Assembly (NCBI RefSeq): GCF_009914755.1
Contig: NC_060947.1
Length of the DNA: 64,000 nucleotides
From: the human T2T-CHM13v2.0 reference genome, Homo sapiens
Reading direction: 5' to 3' (one strand)
Shown here: positions 55,721-64,000 of the stretch, piece after piece
Position numbering within the stretch: the first letter of the stretch is position 1
How the letters are laid out: every line of letters begins with the position of its first letter
Position numbers and translations under genes: made by a program
Notes under the pieces: model-generated
What the model saw: the letters and a program-made list of their open reading frames with translations, nothing else
Database searches by the model: none
What the model was told of the DNA's origin: nothing

Positions 55721-58700
55721 TTAGTGACACTGGTTAGTTTTTTGTTAAGTTTCTAATATGCTTAGTAATTGTGTCACATATGCTAGCTTTCCAACCCATT
55801 ACTGGATTTAGCATACATAGTGATCTAAATGAGCAGTACTTGTAAAAAGATGTTATATAATTGTATATGATGTAATACAAAAAACCCTCCAATAATACAT
55901 AGAAACATTGTTCTATTAGGTCATAAAAGCATTCAATAGTGTTTTTTCAGACTATTTTGTCTGCTCTACTGGATTTCAAGATTGAGAGATTGTCTCAGAT
56001 TAGAAATACATCTCTCTTCTACTGGAGAGTCAGATTACAGAACTTTTAAAAATATTTTGTTTAATTTTCAGCTCAAAAGATGTTAAAAGCTGATATCAAA
56101 GAGCAACATATGGCTAAGTTAAAAAGTTATTGTATCCCCAGTGAATAATTAGATTTATATATATAGAATAACAACTATATTTCTTTCTTTAAAAGGTTAA
56201 AACAAAGCAGTCATTTTGACTAACTTTTATTAGATGATAATAGTTAGAGTTATGGTTCTTTCATATAAGAATTATTTTTGAGCTCTTCAACTAGCCTAAT
56301 TCTCTAAGTTCTAATAGATGTACTTAGAATCTAGATCAATTTGCTTTATTTAGTAACCAAGATAGGATATTCAATGAGGACATTTTCACTTAGAACTGAT
56401 GCATAATAAAGTTTAATAAGCTCTGTTCTTCTCACAATGTAAAACTTCAAATGAAAGGAGATGGAGGTCTGGTAGGCTATTCTCTCAGAATAACAAGCCA
56501 GAAGATGCACGACATCTCTTCAACCAGCAGCCTCCAGCATTTCAGTTATATAAAAGAGTGGATCACTGGCCCCTGGTTTCATGTATCCCAAAATTCTTTT
56601 ACAATGGGGTAGAATCTCTTGAACTTTTGACTAGGGAGATAAGGATCGTTTGTGTTCATGTGTGTATGTTGTCATGGGGTAGGGATTGCCAGAGAAGAAG
56701 TAGGGAATAGTATACTATTTTATACTTTTATTTCAATCAGTTTCACTGCCTAGTTCCCATTGACTCTGATCATTATCTTTTTTGTAGCTAGAATATTCTA
56801 TTCTTCCTCCTTTATCCTATAGCCCATATTTAAAATTTATCTAAACCAAATTGACGCAAACTGTAACCTGTACTGTTAAGTTTTCCTGGATCCCTCAGCT
56901 AAAAGCATCTTTTCACCTCTTGTGAATTTCCATGCCAAAAGTTCCGCACTTCTCTTCAGCTGCATCACATATATAATCTCGTATTGTAATTATTTGTATA
57001 CGTTTGCCTCCTTTATTAAACTAAAATTACTAAGAACAAGAATTCAAGAATTACACATTACAATCCGTAATGTAACCCATATTAGTTGCCAATAAATAGT
57101 GAACAAATTGTTCTCTTTGTGTGCACGTGTGCATGTGTGCACATATTTAATGAAGGACCAAGTAGCTCCCTTTTGCATGTAATTTTAGAACCACTTGGTA
57201 ATGGTCTTAAAATCTGCATTCAACAGAAGCTGTTATAGTTACCTCCTATGTGTTTTAAGCAATTTTCCTGGTCCCTGCTGAGATTAAAGTGCCTTGCTTG
57301 ACTGACTCATTTATTGGGGGGAGAAAAATATTTGGTGCAAGGCACTATGCTGTGGATTATATTGTTTATAGAAATCTCATTGAATCACATGCATGGTTTC
57401 AATTTTCTCTTCAAAACTTAGATCAAGCATGGCTGTCTACACACACTCTTTTAATTCTGAACATTTTTTGGATTCCAGCATTCGTAGATAGCTTTGGGGC
57501 CATGTTTTCTAATAACCTAACTACAGAAGCCTTTTGTAATACTCTTACTGGTTTGCATAAATTCACTGAGATAACAAGGTATAAATTCCAGGTATCTACA
57601 AATGACTGTTTTACAGATTTATAATTGTCAACGATATAATCACGGAGTCTGATATAATCACCAAGTCTGAAAAAGTAATCAAGTGGCAGTTCAAACCTCA
57701 ATGAACACTATAATGCAAAATTAAAACAATAGGTGGAATTATGAGCAAATTAAAACACTTCCTAATGTTACTGTCTTCTTCTATAATGATTATTTTTCTA
57801 ATGTTAAATTTTATAGATACTCATTATAAAAAAAAGTAGCAAAGCACCAAAAGAAAAAAGAAAATTACCTGTAATTTCACAACTACAGTGCAATTGGTAG
57901 TATTGTGATAGATTTATTTTCAGGTTTCTTTTTTCAGTTTAAATATAGGTATGTTTTACTTGAGGCTCAAATTATATAAAGTTTATTTTCTTTAAGAAAA
58001 TATTGTACATGAACAGTTTCTCATTTCCATAATATTACAAAAAACATTTTCCTGATGGCATGCTAAGCCATTCTTTTAAATTAACCTTCATTGTCCTATT
58101 TTAAACTTATCACTACTCTACAAATATTGTAGCAAAAAAAATCCTTGTGCATAAATCTTTTGACACTGCTCTGATTATTGCTTTTGGATATATCTTATAA
58201 GTAGAATAATTAGGTTATGTGATATAAAAATTCTAAGGCTTGTAGTTTGTACCACTAAAATTCATTTGTTTCTAAGCTGTATCTGAAATTATGATTCAAG
58301 ATGGTTGACTGCAGGTATCTGGTACTCAACTCCTCCAGAAAGAAGAATGAAAATAGCGAGTAGATAATCAAACTTTGAATACATCACCTAAGAGAGAATG
58401 CTGGAGTTCAACAAATGACCCGAAAAACCTAAAGCAAGGAAGGAGAGGGAAGAGAAGCAGCCTGCTCAGTTCAGAGACTGAAGAGGCTTAACAATGTGGG
58501 AAAAATATAAGTGAGTGACTCACATGGTCCACATTAAAAGCACAGAATCCTGAAATCTTAGCGCCCAGAGATTACTTAACCCATGTGATCCCTGAGACTG
58601 ACATAGGGAGCTACCTGGAGATCATATGCCAATATTGATCCAGAGAAAACTTAAAACGTTTCTCACACCCCCCTGAGTCTTAAACAGATGCATCAAAGTA

Positions 58701-58793
58701 CCATTTAGATAGCAAAGACCACACCAGACTACATCCTGCTCTGGGGCCCAACTACCCCTGCATCTCCACATTCCTGGAGCCCCTTTGATGTAC

Positions 58794-61531
<2,738 letters not shown>

Positions 61532-64000
61532 CATACTTTGCCCATGGCTGGGTGCTGCCACTGGCTGCTGCCACCAGGGCAAAAGGCAAGCCATTGGCAG
61601 AGACCCCACTACTCCTCATAGCAGGGCTGCCATGCAATTTACAAGTGCCCTGGAAAAAGGCCGCCCTACTTACAGCCACTACCTGGTGCCAAAGCACAAA
61701 CTCCCCAGCAGCCTATCTATGGCTGCTGCCACTGAAAGCGATCCCACCATCCTCAGCAGCAGAGACACAGAGAAGCTACTTCTGTCCTCATCTGAGAATT
61801 TTACAGCAGGGGCCTTGGGATCACCCTGCTCTTGCCTACCATAGACAGTGCCTGTATGCACTGCCAGAATGTCTGAGAAAAGGCCTCTCCAGGCTGGTTC
61901 CACCCCCTACTAGTGCCCAAGCATGCCTTCTGGGTGCCTAGGAATTATCCTGTTCCATCCACTACTGTTGGCATCTGAGCAGTCTTTCTGGGGGCCCAAG
62001 GATCTTGCCACCCAACCTGTTACCACCATCACAGCAGTCACCCACCCACACCACACACACCATGTGCAGACCTGTGGACTGACTAGCCTAGCCCATCACA
62101 GACAACACCAACACTAGCGTGAATGTCTAGTGAGACAAGGGATTGTCCCACCACAGTTATTGTCATCAGTCATGCCACAACTACTTTCCAGTTGCCTGAG
62201 GACCCACCCACCTGTACAGCCTAACACTGTTAATACTACCACTTTAGCAGGCTGCATGGAGGCCCCAAAATTCACATGCCTGGACTCACTAGCACCAATG
62301 TCAGACTACGTCTTCCTGGAAACCAAACACAGGCACATGGAACATGCCGATGCCACCACTGGGGCCCAAGGCCTAGCCCACCTGATGTCCCCATTATTAG
62401 CAAAATTTTATCACAGCCTCCATTAACATCTGAACCCTAAAGCACTAAGAAAATAAAAGCCATTTCTGACACTGTTTATAGCTGAATAAATCATATGGAT
62501 ACTGCACTATTGAATGCACCCAGAACTAAAGCCAAAATGTTCTCCTGAACCTACACCTCCAACATGTCTTCAGAAAAAAAATTCCTCCACTTCAAAAACA
62601 AACTCAATAAATACAAGAACCAAATGTTATTCCAGATACACAGATGTCAATGTGGGAACCCAGGAGATATTAAAAAGCAAGAAAATTTGACACCTCCAAA
62701 TAAACAATAATTATCCAGTAAAAGATTCCATTGAAAAAGAAATTTATAAAATCTCAGAAAAAGACTTCATAATAATTATATTAAAGAAGCTCAATTAAAT
62801 TCAAAATGACTGACATAAACAGTACACATAAATCAGAACAAATTCAGGGGGTGCATAATAAATTTACCAAAGACGTAGATATAATAAAAAAGAACCAAAC
62901 AGAAACTCTGAAAATGAAGAATTTATTGAAAAAAACACAAAACACATTTGAAAGCCTTAACAATGGACTATACTGAAGAGCAATAAAGAATTTCAAAACT
63001 CGAAGACAGGTCTTTTGAAATAACTCAGACAAAAATGAAGACAAAATAATTTTTTAAAAATGAACAGTCTACATGACACATAGGATACCATAAGGCAGCC
63101 AAATATTCAAATTTCAGTGTCCCAGTAGGTAAGGGGTAAAATAAAGAGATACAAAATATATTTAACAAATTAATAGCTAAAATTTTCTCAATTCTAGCAA
63201 AAAATCTAGATATATAGATACAAGGGACTCAAAAATTCCCAAAGAGATAAACGCAAAAAAGTCTTCTCTACAGAACGGTTAAGAGTCAAACTGTCAAAAA
63301 TTATAAACAAAGAGAGAAATTTAAAAACGGCAAGAGAAAAGCATCTAGTCATTTACAAGATAATTCCCATCAGGCTAACAGTGGATTTCTCAGCAGATAC
63401 CTTACAGGCCAGAAGAGAATGAGATGATATATTCAAAGTGTTGAAAGAAAAAAGAAATTCCAGCCAATGATACTATACCTAGAAAAGTTAACTTACATAA
63501 ATACAGGAAAAATAAATTCTTCCCAAGACAAGCAAAATCTGAGGTAATTCATAACCACTATTCCTGCCCTACCAGAAATGCTTAAAAAAAAATCTACACA
63601 ACTAAAATTGAAAGGATGATTTCTACCACCATGAAAATACACAATAGTATAAAAAATATTGTAATGGAAACAAACAAATGAGGAAAAGTAAGGGCTCAAA
63701 TTTTATCCCCCCACACACAAAAAATATAAAACCACCATGATAAACAACAAGAATGAAAGAAAGGAAAAAGGATTATAAAATAACCAAAAATCAAATGATA
63801 AAATGACAGGAATAAGATCTCATACATGACTAATAACCTTGGATGTAAATGGATTAAATTTTTAGTTTAAAAAATAAAGACTAGCTAAGTGGATAAATAT
63901 ACAAGACCTAAATAAACACTGCTTATAAGAAACTCTTCTCAACTCTAAAGAGACATATAGACTAAAAGTAAGGGAGTATAAAAAGATATTACATGTGAAC

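Noticed and set aside
55442-55756. Hydrophobic Cys/Tyr-rich ORFs
   Set aside because: Translation of the AT-rich minisatellite.
56420-56710. 96-codon stop-free + frame containing TATATAAAAG (56547-56556)
   Set aside because: No early ATG, no convincing splice pair and no recognisable domain; TATA-like words are common here.

Overview
AT-rich, repeat-dense primate genomic DNA. It looks human-like: AluY/AluS, THE1, MER4A1, MER50 and L1PA/L1PB/L1M elements are present. By eye roughly half the window is LINE-1, with 7 dimeric Alus, Alu monomers/fragments, two THE1 MaLR elements, several solo LTRs, hAT MITEs and MIR/L2 relics. I cannot support an intact protein-coding gene, RNA gene or CpG island. 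Almost all listed ORFs are decayed L1 ORF1/ORF2, Alu, THE1-internal or microsatellite reading frames. The window looks intergenic or deep-intronic. The best leads are: an unexplained ~300-bp segment at a THE1A/L1 breakpoint (22413-22712); a compact HNF4/GATA/FOX/HNF1-like motif cluster (45504-45548); exon-like units on the + strand (43422-43485, 45273-45400) and - strand (57549-57666, 50985-51037, 17405-17447, 3945-4048) that might belong to a lncRNA or decayed gene; and retrotransposon rearrangements (a twin-primed L1 inversion and an L1-associated deletion). No novel biological system is demonstrated. Subfamily names come from recalled consensus similarity, not a database search, and boundaries of old elements are approximate.
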